Virus record (IMG/VR): IMGVR_UViG_3300028586_000750
Direction: 5' to 3' (one strand)
DNA length: 64,000 nt
From: a virus
Of this stretch, positions 1 through 8,635 are shown piece by piece (the first letter of the stretch is position 1; each line of letters opens with the position of its first letter). The position numbers and the translations under genes were made by a program. The notes below the pieces were generated by a model. The model worked only from the letters and a program-made list of their open reading frames with translations. It was not told where the DNA came from and searched no databases.

Positions 1-173
1 CGTAATGTGCATATAGGACTGTAGCGGTGTATAGCTTCTAATTCCTTCACAAGGAAACTATACGCAAAATTCTGCACCCTGTTGCCACAGGATAAGGAAT
101 GCAGTGAACAGCCTCAACTACGGCTCTTGCTGTTCTCGTCAAATCAGGGTGGCAACCCTGGCCGTAGATTTCG

Positions 174-255
174 TAGCTCAGGTGGGACTCGAACCCACAA
201 TCCTTGCGGCACTTGATTTTAAGTCAAGCGTGTATGCCAATTCCACCACTAAGCC
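174..255 (-). tRNA. tRNA-Leu(TAA)
   Basis: Cloverleaf; anticodon arm CTTGA-CTTAAAA-TCAAG, long variable arm, T loop TTCGAGT; CCA not encoded. Confidence 0.92.
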
Positions 256-390
256 ATAGTGTGTGTTCCGCCTTACCTTTGTAAGACCTTACGGAAAGAA
301 ACACATTCCCGTTACCCAACATCATCACTTAATGTGTCCCTATGCTTTTATTTACATAAAAGAGGCAGATGAGCGGTCAGATAACCCTTG

Positions 391-465
391 AGGGATCGAC
401 GAGATTCGAACTCGCGCCTTCAGTTTGGAAGACTGACATGCTATGACCGCTAACACTACGTTCCC
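391..465 (-). tRNA. tRNA-Gly(TCC)
   Basis: Anticodon arm TCAGT-CTTCCAA-ACTGA; T arm GCGAG-TTCGAAT-CTCGT. Confidence 0.88.
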
Positions 466-471
466 ATACCA

Positions 472-540
472 TACAGACAAACAGGAATTTAACCTGTGAC
501 CTTGCTCACCACACGCTCTAACACTGAGCTATTATCTGTA
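472..540 (-). ncRNA. tRNA-like RNA with truncated anticodon arm
   Basis: Acceptor TACAGAT/GTCTGTA, D stem GCTC/GAGC, T stem ACAGG/CCTGT; no 5-bp/7-nt anticodon arm. Confidence 0.55.
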
Positions 541-640
541 CTATGCAACGGCGTTCAAATCCGTTCCTCTTCGCTTGCTTGCGAATTGTGCTATCTATAC
601 ACTATACAAGTTTGTTATAATTCACTATGTAATTATTTTG

Positions 641-714
641 TTGCGGGAGAGGGATTTGAACCCTCGACCTCTAGATTATGAGCCTAGCGAGCTACCGAAC
701 TGCTCCACCCCGCT
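641..714 (-). tRNA. tRNA-Met(CAT), initiator-like body
   Basis: AGCGGGG-TG-GAGC...CTAGG-CTCATAA-TCTAG...; 1:72 mismatch, A11:U24, A73. Confidence 0.88.
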
Positions 715-896
715 TCGTTATGTTTCTATTCTAGCACACTTTATGTATTCATGTCAACTTATTTTGTCAACTTTATGTGCTTAAAGTTTTAGTGTGAGAC
801 TACCTCTTATTTCTCATTCTCACCCCAGCGCGTTATTAACTCACCTATCAAGTCTACCATCCTAACCCCGAAAGGTTAGGACCGCTGGCCCTCGCG

Positions 897-965
897 TTCC
901 TTCACATAGAATTGAACTATGGACATTCCAAAAAGTTGGACGCTCTACCACTGAGCTATGAAGGA
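897..965 (-). ncRNA. tRNA-like RNA (Lys-like) with 4-nt anticodon loop
   Basis: Perfect acceptor TCCTTCA/TGAAGGA, D stem GCTC/GAGC, T arm CATAG-TTCAATT-CTATG; anticodon arm TCCAA-CTTT-TTGGA. Confidence 0.65.
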
Positions 966-1143
966 CTTACTAATGATCTCAACTTAGTTAGGTTGAAAGA
1001 GCAGTTCCGTAGGATACATCACTCCTGCAAACAAGGTAGCTAACCTGTAAGTTGCAGTCAACTAATAACTAAACCATTCAAAGGAATGTGCCGTTCCTTA
1101 ATGGCTCTCCAACTATAATGGCACACAGTTGAAGCATGAATCG

Positions 1144-1226
1144 TTTCCCTGGCAGGACTCGAACCTACACTACACCGGCTATAAATAACTATGCCTAGCT
1201 GCCTTGACCAATTTGGCTACAGGGAA
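1144..1226 (-). ncRNA. tRNA-like RNA with 16-nt anticodon loop
   Basis: Acceptor TTCCCTG/CAGGGAA, D stem GCC/GGC, T arm GTAGG-TTCGAGT-CCTGC; loop GCATAGTTATTTATAG. Confidence 0.6.
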
Positions 1227-1638
1227 ATAATAAGATTAACGACAGGGTTTAATACCTGCATTTTAAGGCCGTAGCCACTTACACAATGTAAGATGTTTTA
1301 CTTAAACTACGTCAACCTAAATCGCTATTGTTTTATCTAAACTATATCTGTTAAAAATAGTTTTTGTGGCTGTAGGTCCGTTGATGAACCTGTCTCCATT
1401 TTTTGGAATAAACTTTCACGTTCAAACCAGAAAAGTTGTTTTCGTAAACTAACAGCCTTCCACCGAGATTTTGTGCTATTGTCCTCGGTTAATCCGCTCA
1501 GTGCAGCAATGGAGCTACCATATCTTTGCACTATTTATCTTGCGGTTTATCTTGATATTTCTTTATAAGATACTTCTATACTATCACACGATTTTAAGTA
1601 AATCAATGTGAAAAGACATTTTCTTCAAAATATCTTTG

Positions 1639-1715
1639 CCCCCACCACAGGACTTGAACCTGTAAAAGAGGCGCTAAATCGCGGCCTCTTGTTTTGCCAG
1701 CTAAACTAGACGGGG
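1639..1715 (-). ncRNA. tRNA-like RNA copy 1 (non-canonical anticodon arm)
   Basis: Acceptor CCCCGTC/GGTGGGG, D stem GTTT/AAAC, stem AGAGG/CCTCT with 13-nt loop, T arm ACAGG-TTCAAGT-CCTGT. Confidence 0.65.
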
Positions 1716-1799
1716 ATAAGAACTAATTGGTCTTTCACTTATTCTGAAAGCATATTTAGTTCTAAGTTGGTAACTCACTCGTTACCCTTTCAATACTTT

Positions 1800-1830
1800 A
1801 ACTCTACACCATGCTACTGACAAAAGTCAA
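1800..1830 (-). promoter_or_regulatory. SigA-type promoter overlapping ORF stop, driving tRNA-like copy 1
   Basis: TTGACT-N18-TAGAGT on minus strand; repeated near 2412-2441 for copy 2. Confidence 0.55.
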
Positions 1831-2168
1831 ACTAGAACAAAGTTTGCTTTAAGAATTTCTAGAGCCTGCTTAGTATAGTTAAGATTTGACTTGATGCGAA
1901 GGTTAGTCTGGAAAGCAAAAAGCATTTCGTTAGAAGAAACTAGGGCCTCTTCCATACTCACACCTTCTGGGGTCATAGCAGAAAGCTGTTCCCACTGCTC
2001 AAAACGCAGTACCTCTAGCTGAATGATTTGCTCCTGAACAGCCTCTACAAGCTCAAGAACATCCTCAGTCTGAGAACCGGAAGCCTGAATTGCAACTGCC
2101 TTATCCTTAACCCTGCTGATGAAAGTATCAGTGTTTAGCTGGTTCAGCTTTGCTACTACGTTGGTCAT
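1827..2168 (-). CDS. Hypothetical helical protein, paralog of 2438-2767
   Basis: MTNVxxxL start and shared QEQ/EIIQLE..xxQWExL motif. Confidence 0.8.
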   Translation of the reverse strand: MTNVVAKLNQLNTDTFISRVKDKAVAIQASGSQTEDVLELVEAVQEQIIQLEVLRFEQWEQLSAMTPEGVSMEEALVSSNEMLFAFQTNLRIKSNLNYTKQALEILKANFVLV

Positions 2169-2254
2169 ATGCTTAGTCTTTCTCTCGATGAAACCGTTTA
2201 ATTAACACATGCTCAATTTATGAACATCACATAAGACACTATTTTGTGTCTTTG

Positions 2255-2326
2255 CTCCCACCACAGGACTTGAACCTGTAAAAGAGACTACGCGGCCTCT
2301 TGTTTTGCCAGCTAAACTAGACGGGA
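2255..2326 (-). ncRNA. tRNA-like RNA copy 2
   Basis: Acceptor TCCCGTC/GGTGGGA (compensatory 1:72 change versus copy 1), same D and T arms, 8-nt loop CCGCGTAG. Confidence 0.65.
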
Positions 2327-2437
2327 ATAAGAACTAATTGGTCTTTCACTTATTCTGAAAGCATATTTAGTTCTAGGTTAGCAACTCACTCGTCACCCTT
2401 TCAATACTTTAACTCTACACCACGCCACTGACAAAAG

Positions 2438-2767
2438 TCAAATACCAAACTTAGTTTTTAGTTTATTCATAATTTCTTGGTTAATATCAATATAAGCTTG
2501 GATTTGCATGTAACGCTGAGTGGGTAGCAAAAGCTCTAGCGAACCCATTGACCCATCTTCAACTGCGGGAGCCATGGCTTGAAGCTCTTCCCACTGGTCT
2601 AGAAGAAGTATCTCTAGTTGAATAATTTCTTCCTGCAACTGCATAACAATTGCAGAATACGCCTCAGGCCCTTTATTTGCGCTAGAAATCTCCACAAGAA
2701 CGCTAGAGAGATTATTCATCACAAAATTATTAGATAGGTATTCAAGCCTTGTTGCTACATTAGTCAT
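2438..2767 (-). CDS. Hypothetical helical protein, paralog of 1827-2168
   Basis: Sequence similarity to neighbour; part of an approximately 610-bp tandem unit. Confidence 0.8.
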   Translation of the reverse strand: MTNVATRLEYLSNNFVMNNLSSVLVEISSANKGPEAYSAIVMQLQEEIIQLEILLLDQWEELQAMAPAVEDGSMGSLELLLPTQRYMQIQAYIDINQEIMNKLKTKFGI

Positions 2768-2788
2768 AGTTTTCTTTCTTTATTTCGG

Positions 2789-3322
2789 TTACTTGCTTAG
2801 GACAAGGGGTGTGTTGGTTTCGTTACGACGCTGAGCCTTAGCATCCTGGCGCTGTACCTTAACAAGGTCAATCGCAGCGTCAATGGATGTATCATCCTTA
2901 AGATGGTTTAGAGCATGACCGTTACCAAGCTTAAGCTTGGACTGCTCGGCAAGGAACGAACGAAGAGCATTCCCGTACTTGTGAGTGAAAGTAAACTCAT
3001 CAGGTAACACGTAAGGCTGCATCTTCTCTGCAAGGAAGTTACGACGCTCAGCATCATTCTCGAGAGCGTTAAAAGTTACAGTGTCGCTCTTAATGGTCGC
3101 AAGGATGTGGTCGAACATGGAGCCGTGCTCTTTCCATCGAGCACGCTCAACAGCGGCACGCTCAGCCTTGTAAGCATACTCTGCCGCAGTAATCTTACGA
3201 GCCTTGTCTTGCTTGTAATCGTAAATAATATCCTTAATAACCATTTCCCAAATAAACCAACAAATGAGAGCTACATAGATAACGGGAAGCAGTAGCACTA
3301 GAAGAATAATAGGATTAAACAT
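2789..3322 (-). CDS. Hypothetical protein with N-terminal membrane anchor
   Basis: Hydrophobic N-terminus, 177-aa ORF. Confidence 0.75.
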   Translation of the reverse strand: MFNPIILLVLLLPVIYVALICWFIWEMVIKDIIYDYKQDKARKITAAEYAYKAERAAVERARWKEHGSMFDHILATIKSDTVTFNALENDAERRNFLAEKMQPYVLPDEFTFTHKYGNALRSFLAEQSKLKLGNGHALNHLKDDTSIDAAIDLVKVQRQDAKAQRRNETNTPLVLSK

Positions 3323-3461
3323 AATTTTGACGGTACTTTCTCATAAAGTGTTCGTGGTTAAGCGGTATAAAGTAATCGTAGCACGACATTTCCAGTAGCG
3401 CAACCAAGTGTAGATACAGCTTTTGTTTGCCTGATTACATATTTTCTGTTATAAATAAAAC

Positions 3462-4163
3462 ATGTCATCTTTTCCCCAAAACTGCAAAGCGAAAGACCCT
3501 CTTAAATGCCGTCATCATTCACCTTTCAAAAATTCTTTACCACAAGCAGAGAAAACTGTTAAGACTAAGAAAGCACCTGAACTTGTTGTGTCTCGTGGCG
3601 TAAAAGTTATCAAAGGTAAATTCCAATCCGGAGACTTTGCCAAAGGTTTCAATACACCTGACAGCATTAATGGTTATTACGACGGTTCATGGGAAGAAGT
3701 TGAAAAACTTGTTAAGAAGCACCGTAAAGACTTTGAACCTGGTACAGGTAGCGTTGATAACGACGTAATCCTTGTAAACGTACCCGCTAAAGGCTTCTAT
3801 ACAGCCATCACAGCGATTGACGATGACAATAAGCATCTTGTAGAAGAGAAAGATTATGTCCGCCGTGAAGGCGAAAAATCAGTTGGTATCAAAACAATTA
3901 AAGGAAAGAAAGAACCAGCTAAGTTTGTAAAAGTTGTTTGTTATCGTGCAGATGTTTTAGCACAAGATGATGGTCGTACAACTGATGCTGAATGGGAGAT
4001 TGTAGCAATTAATGCTCAATCTGATGAGTACACACCTATGCACCCAACTACAATGTTACGTAATGCTAATCATGATGAAGGTGGAACGTTAAGAGAATAC
4101 TCAGATAAAGATTGGTCTGACGCTTATTCTTACTGGGACACGCATGCTTACCTTGAAGATTAA
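3462..4163 (+). CDS. Hypothetical protein with N-terminal CxAxxxxxCRHH motif
   Basis: 233-aa ORF; motif CKAKDPLKCRHH. Confidence 0.8.
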   Translation: MSSFPQNCKAKDPLKCRHHSPFKNSLPQAEKTVKTKKAPELVVSRGVKVIKGKFQSGDFAKGFNTPDSINGYYDGSWEEVEKLVKKHRKDFEPGTGSVDNDVILVNVPAKGFYTAITAIDDDNKHLVEEKDYVRREGEKSVGIKTIKGKKEPAKFVKVVCYRADVLAQDDGRTTDAEWEIVAINAQSDEYTPMHPTTMLRNANHDEGGTLREYSDKDWSDAYSYWDTHAYLED

Positions 4164-4171
4164 CTAGACAT

Positions 4172-4217
4172 AACTAAGTAATGCCCCACCAAATATTTGG
4201 TGGGGCATTACTTAGTT
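4172..4217. repeat. Perfect 46-bp palindrome between convergent genes (GCCCCACCA family)
   Basis: aactaagtaatgccccaccaaat|atttggtggggcattacttagtt; contains stop codon of 4212-4592. Confidence 0.9.
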
Positions 4218-4592
4218 TGCAACCTGCGTATCAGTTGTCGTGTACTCTTCCATTTTTTGAGTAAGACGAGAAAGTTCAGGTCCACTGTGAAAACTGTAAG
4301 CCTGGAAAATCCTGTCTAGGTACTCTTTATGCTTACTATCAAGTTTACTAGTGTCACCTACAGGCCATGTAGTTAGAATATATGCGCCTTTGTGATAAGA
4401 CATAAGTTCCGTATAGCGTGGACCTGTTTTGGTATGTGTGAAATATTCAGAGAATAGTGGCACATAAAGTGCACGCTGATAAAGAGTGTCAGCTAGGAAA
4501 CAAAGTTTATGCAACTTCATTGAAGACATACCCTGGTCATTACGCTTATGCGAAATGAAATACTGAGCTACATCTTGGATTGATAACGTCAT
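4212..4592 (-). CDS. Panacea/SocA-like (DUF4065) antitoxin-domain protein
   Basis: DVAQYFI...MSSMKLHKLCFLA...PLF...GP motif pattern typical of DUF4065. Confidence 0.75.
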   Translation of the reverse strand: MTLSIQDVAQYFISHKRNDQGMSSMKLHKLCFLADTLYQRALYVPLFSEYFTHTKTGPRYTELMSYHKGAYILTTWPVGDTSKLDSKHKEYLDRIFQAYSFHSGPELSRLTQKMEEYTTTDTQVAN

Positions 4593-4718
4593 TATCTGCT
4601 TTCTTTATTGACAAAATTATTTATGTATCAATTAAACCATTTTTGATAAAAGTTGTCAAGCTCAGTTTATTCCAAAACTAAAGGGACTGTCTACTTTAGG
4701 TAGACAATCCCTTTTAGC

Positions 4719-4880
4719 TTAATAACTTAATTGAACCGTGTTACTATCTGGTGCAATTTCTACAACTTCAATATCATACCAAGCCACTGGATCATCTTGG
4801 TAATCATCATAAGTGTAATATGTTACAGGTAAATCTTTTGGTAACTTTTGTAGCTTTTCAATCAATTCATTTACAGTCAT
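4719..4880 (-). CDS. Small phage protein (MTVxELIxxLQxLPxD family), not in ORF track
   Basis: 53 aa MTVNELIEKLQKLPKDLPV..., preceded by AAGGAAAAG. Confidence 0.7.
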   Translation of the reverse strand: MTVNELIEKLQKLPKDLPVTYYTYDDYQDDPVAWYDIEVVEIAPDSNTVQLSY

Positions 4881-5006
4881 TTCTTTTCCTTATCTTGTTA
4901 TAGTTTAATCTAACTCAATACTAGATAAAGTAAAGTTGATGCAAATAAGGTGGTAGATACTTTTTCAAATATCTACCACCTTACTAAACATAATCTGGGA
5001 TTATGT

Positions 5007-5402
5007 TCAATCTTTCTTCTCGGTTACAAATACTTCGTATCCCCAACCGTAGTAGCCGTTGTCACTACCAGAGCTACGAACAATTTCTGTTTTGATTCCT
5101 TCGGCATAAACAAACATGCGAAGCGTTGCTTCGTCAGGTCCGCTTGTGTTGAACTCGTCAACAACTTCTACGTTCGTGATGACCTGTGTAGGTGCATCGT
5201 TAGGTGCGTCAACTGACCAGTATCCGTTTGAACAACCGCCACATCCGTAAGACTCTGTTGCCTTAAGAATAGTACCGTTGTCAAGTACAAACTCAATTGA
5301 GTCTGTGTGGTATGGTGCTTTGATTTTGCGTGTTTCTACAATACGTCGTCCAACCATAATCTTGCGAAGACGGTCAGTGTCGTTGTATGTAATTTCATTC
5401 AT
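5007..5402 (-). CDS. Hypothetical protein, paralog of 45540-45914
   Basis: Shared VGRxI..LDNG..GCxGC..G..NGYYGxGYE motifs. Confidence 0.8.
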   Translation of the reverse strand: MNEITYNDTDRLRKIMVGRRIVETRKIKAPYHTDSIEFVLDNGTILKATESYGCGGCSNGYWSVDAPNDAPTQVITNVEVVDEFNTSGPDEATLRMFVYAEGIKTEIVRSSGSDNGYYGWGYEVFVTEKKD

Positions 5403-5656
5403 GTTTTTCTCCTAATTGGTTTTGTGTTTTCTATATCCAAAATAGTTTTTACACAGTTCCAAAATAAGGAGGTTACTGAATTATTTAATTTTAAAGTTTG
5501 TTATGGATGCCGAAATCCGTTCCATACCCAGACCCGCTAGTTCTGTTTCTGGTTTAGCCTGCGCAGCCACTCAACACCAGCAGAGCTTTTACTTTTCACT
5601 GGAATTCATCCGAGAGGCGTAAAAGAACCTTTAACATAATTTTGTTAATGCCGCAG

Positions 5657-5738
5657 TGCTCCCGGTGGGACTTGAACCCACACTTCTTGCGAAACTTGAT
5701 TTTAAGTCAAGCGTGTCTGCCAATTCCACCACAAGAGC
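5657..5738 (-). tRNA. tRNA-Leu(TAA)
   Basis: CTTGA-CTTAAAA-TCAAG; body identical to 13345-13426. Confidence 0.93.
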
Positions 5739-5870
5739 ATATGGTACCGTTAGCTTCGCGCATGCATTCGCTTAGCTGAAAAAGGGAAGTGAGCCACGGT
5801 TCCGTACCGCTCACCGACTGTAGTAGTCCCGTAGGACACTACCCAGCAATTATAGTCATTTTCATGACCG

Positions 5871-5944
5871 TGGACCTGATGGGACTCGAACCCACAACAT
5901 TCTGCGTGCAAGGCAGACGCTCTACCAATTGGAGCTACAAGCCC
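5871..5944 (-). tRNA. tRNA-Ala(TGC)
   Basis: TCTGC-CTTGCAC-GCAGA; G3:U70, A73. Confidence 0.92.
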
Positions 5945-5975
5945 GTATTATCTCTATTTAATTAGATGAGGTTGG

Positions 5976-5996
5976 TCCGAAACTTGTTCTCCCGGC
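5976..5996 (-). promoter_or_regulatory. 21-nt leader motif GCCGGGAGAACAAGTTTCGGA (copy A)
   Basis: Identical copy at 12474-12494; both lie just downstream of SigA-type promoters heading RNA units. Confidence 0.6.
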
Positions 5997-6059
5997 ATCC
6001 CCTCGTTCTTTAATTATTCTAGCACATAATATCTGCATATACCAACTATTTTGTTACTT

Positions 6060-6212
6060 TTAGTCAGATAAATGAATTGAGTCGCGCATAGTTGTTTGAA
6101 CATCAGCAACGCTAACCCACTGCGAAGGCCCCTCATCGTTTAACATAGGGACATAGACATCTGCGTTTTCTGGTAGCTCTTGAAGCTGTGCAATTAAATC
6201 TTTTACTCGCAT
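6060..6212 (-). CDS. Small phage protein, paralog of 4719-4880, not in ORF track
   Basis: 50 aa MRVKDLIAQLQELPENADV... Confidence 0.7.
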   Translation of the reverse strand: MRVKDLIAQLQELPENADVYVPMLNDEGPSQWVSVADVQTTMRDSIHLSD

Positions 6213-6257
6213 TATTTATCCTTTTCTTTAGTATAACGGATTTAAATTTTTATTATC

Positions 6258-6728
6258 TTATTTATTTTTCCACGGCTTACCATTAGTTTGTTGGCTATGG
6301 CAATTTGGGCATAAAAATCTTAGATTGGGCGCACGATTATCATAGTTGCGCCCATTTATATGGTCAATTTCAAGTACAATAGGTTTACCATTATATTCTG
6401 AACCAATGCCGCAACCCTCACAGATATGCAATCTTCCAATATCCAGTAGTGCTCGGCGCAAATGAACAGTTTTAGTTTTCCATTTATTAGCCTCTTCGAG
6501 GACCAAAATATCTTCAGGTGCTAACCGTTTTGCAGCTTGTTTGCCCTTCATGTGACCTTGACCTGTAAAGTGCGAGATATCAATACCAGCATTTATAATA
6601 CGTCGTTTGATATGACTTTGGCTACCACCAGCGAGTGGTATCCCAAGTTCTCTTAAAACAGCCGCAATACTAAAACTATCTGCAACAGCTTTAGCAAGAG
6701 TTTCTGTAGTGTACTTGTATTTGGTCAC
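6258..6728 (-). CDS. HNH endonuclease with N-terminal helical DNA-binding region
   Basis: CEGC...LEIDHINGRNYDNRAPNLRFLCPNCHSQ. Confidence 0.92.
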   Translation of the reverse strand: MTKYKYTTETLAKAVADSFSIAAVLRELGIPLAGGSQSHIKRRIINAGIDISHFTGQGHMKGKQAAKRLAPEDILVLEEANKWKTKTVHLRRALLDIGRLHICEGCGIGSEYNGKPIVLEIDHINGRNYDNRAPNLRFLCPNCHSQQTNGKPWKNK

Positions 6729-6752
6729 AGTCTAATTTTACCATAACATTAG

Positions 6753-6823
6753 GAACAGTAGTGGGACTCGAACCCACATGCACCGCTAAAGTGCGGCGTA
6801 GTTTACCATTAGCTTATACTGTC
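6753..6823 (-). ncRNA. tRNA-like RNA with 6-nt anticodon loop
   Basis: Acceptor GACAGTA/TACTGTT, T arm GTGGG-TTCGAGT-CCCAC; arm CGCCGC-ACTTTA-GCGGTG. Confidence 0.6.
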
Positions 6824-6851
6824 GAGAACCAATTTCTTGGACCCCTTTTTC

Positions 6852-6921
6852 AGTTGAGGCAGGTTTTCGAAGCCCTGCATACCGCTCTCACGCGCATTAT
6901 CCCATTTTATGCTATCTCAAC
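6852..6921 (-). pseudogene. Degenerate tRNA-like element with truncated anticodon arm
   Basis: Acceptor GTTGAG/CTCAAC, D stem GCAT/ATGC, T stem GCAGG/CCTGC with 10-nt loop. Confidence 0.45.
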
Positions 6922-7077
6922 AGCACCATTGCTTCTATCCGCTGCCCGTCCTGTCTCAGGTACCTTGATTGAGGACTTCTTGCTTCTTTTCACTTTAGGT
7001 GTTTTGTTAATGAAGGGTGTACATTTCCTTCATTAATAAAACTATACTACTTTAAATCTACCTTGTCAAGTTCATTT

Positions 7078-7656
7078 TCAAACTTTATTTGAAGATTTTG
7101 CTGCTTCCCAGCCAGCTTTTGCGGCAACGGAACGAGGGTCAGTTAAAGCCTCAATTTGTTTCGCCAAAGCATTACCCAAAGCTTCCAATGGCTTTACGAT
7201 TTCGGACCAAGGAGCGGCAACATGAATGTCTCGTGTAAGGATGCGTCCTGAATGACCGTCACCCCAAATGATAACAGGGGCAACCAAAGCGCCATTGATA
7301 CCAAAGCTCAAATCATGAGTGTAACGGAAATCAAAAAGGTCTTCGTCATCATCAGTCATACGCTCTTTTAGAAGCTCTTCGTCAGTGAACGAGGTAATGT
7401 TAGCAGAGGAAAGATAAGCCCAGTTCTCATTCAACCATTCAAGCACTTCTACTAAAGTCCAGTCAAAGTCCCAAATTGTTTTTCCTGCAACACGAATGAC
7501 AAGGTTTCCCCATGTACAGTTAGCTGCTGAGTCAGCAACAGACTGGTCTTTATCAAATGACAACGACCAGTCAAATAAACCTTCATTGGTTGACATATAG
7601 TTTACTCCTAAGTAGATAATTCTATGGGTTAAAAAGTTTAGGCTTATGATGAACAC
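7078..7656 (-). CDS. Hypothetical acidic protein (likely start MSTNEG)
   Basis: Long ORF with SD-like AGGAGT before internal Met. Confidence 0.75.
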   Translation of the reverse strand: MFIISLNFLTHRIIYLGVNYMSTNEGLFDWSLSFDKDQSVADSAANCTWGNLVIRVAGKTIWDFDWTLVEVLEWLNENWAYLSSANITSFTDEELLKERMTDDDEDLFDFRYTHDLSFGINGALVAPVIIWGDGHSGRILTRDIHVAAPWSEIVKPLEALGNALAKQIEALTDPRSVAAKAGWEAAKSSNKV

Positions 7657-7684
7657 TTTTTACATGTTCATCATAAGCCTATGT

Positions 7685-7772
7685 TGGCACTTTAGGTGGG
7701 ATTTGAACCCACATGTCCTTTCGGACAAGGCACCTTTGAAAGCGCCTCTCGTCTGCATTCCGCCACTAAAGT
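7685..7772 (-). tRNA. Class II tRNA-like gene with expanded anticodon arm (UCA or CAA register), encoded CCA
   Basis: Acceptor ACTTTAG/CTAAAGT, G73-CCA, arm AGGCGC-TTTCAAAG-GTGCCT, variable arm TGTCC-GAAA-GGACA. Confidence 0.6.
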
Positions 7773-7975
7773 ATGTTGGTAAGGGTCTTTAAGCAAGCCA
7801 ATGTGGCCCACCTTTGTTATAACAATTACAAAACCTCGCAATGAGAATGTAACTGCTACAAATATACTAGAAGTTTGCGCTTCTATATATTTCACCTTAG
7901 GCTATTTCTCCGCACCCATAGAGGGCCGGTGCATCATAACCAATTCCGATTACCGCAAAATAAACGAAACTTTTG

Positions 7976-8060
7976 TGCTCCCAAGGGGACTTGAACCCCT
8001 ACGCCATTTCTGGCACTAGCTTCTTAGACTAGCGTGTCTGCCAAATTCCACCACAAGAGC
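7976..8060 (-). tRNA. tRNA-Leu(AAG)
   Basis: CTAGT-CTAAGAA-GCTAG; Leu-type D loop and variable arm; A73. Confidence 0.88.
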
Positions 8061-8384
8061 ATGTGGCCACTACTTTCTTTCAACAGTGCGCACTGCCCAA
8101 CCATCTTCTGCGTTTACTTGTAAGCAGTGGACCCCCAAGTAAACAGTGGTTGTATCAATTTGAAAACTCGTTGGTAAGGATTTTACCCCTACGTTAGGAA
8201 TCGAACCTACCCTGCAAGAACCTGCATTTTCAAATCTCAATAATTTCGGTAAACCGGACTCGAACCGGCGCTCTCGCACCCCTAACTGGGTGGCGCATCA
8301 AAGCCTACTAACTGAGTTAGCACAGATGCTTTTTTACCAAAGCTTAGTATGTAAAGTTCAAAAGCAACACATGCCTAGCTGTTA

Positions 8385-8450
8385 CGCTACCAAGGGAATC
8401 GAACCCTTGTTTTGCTTTACTGGTCCTGTTAACCAATCAACTACTTTGCG
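8385..8450 (-). pseudogene. Degenerate tRNA remnant
   Basis: T arm AAGGG-TTCGATT-CCCTT and D-like GTTG-ATTGGTT-AAC; acceptor and anticodon arms poorly paired. Confidence 0.35.
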
Positions 8451-8635
8451 AATGCAGGCGGTTATTAACCTCAGCAAACTCCCGAATAGGCGGGAATGGT
8501 TTCTTCTTGTCACTCACTAAAACGTAACAAGTTTACTTTTCAAACAGAACCGTAAGTTATCTCTATTGTGTTGTTAATATCTATCATAGCACAGTATTTT
8601 TCTCTATGCAACTTCTTTTTTGAAGAAGTTTTAGT

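Noticed and set aside
496-784. ORFs 496-681 and 575-784, and similar track ORFs at 6761, 7692, 7801, 8070, 8290, 11555, 12792
   Set aside because: They overlap tRNA or tRNA-like genes and lack SD or coding character.
980-1070. Shared GCAGTTCCG/TAAGTTG words with 11860-11955 as a ribozyme or ncRNA family
   Set aside because: Matches are only 7-9 nt and I could not build a common structure or find hammerhead, HDV or group I cores.
7685-7772. Selenocysteine tRNA
   Set aside because: Acceptor is 7 bp rather than 8, D arm is Leu-like, loop is 8 nt, and no selA/selB/selD is visible; kept only as an ambiguous suppressor-like tRNA.
8150-8320. T-arm remnants (GTAGG-TTCGATT-CCTAA; GCCGG-TTCGAGT-CCGGT)
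   Set aside because: No convincing acceptor or D partner; one could be another permuted remnant but pairing is too weak to call.
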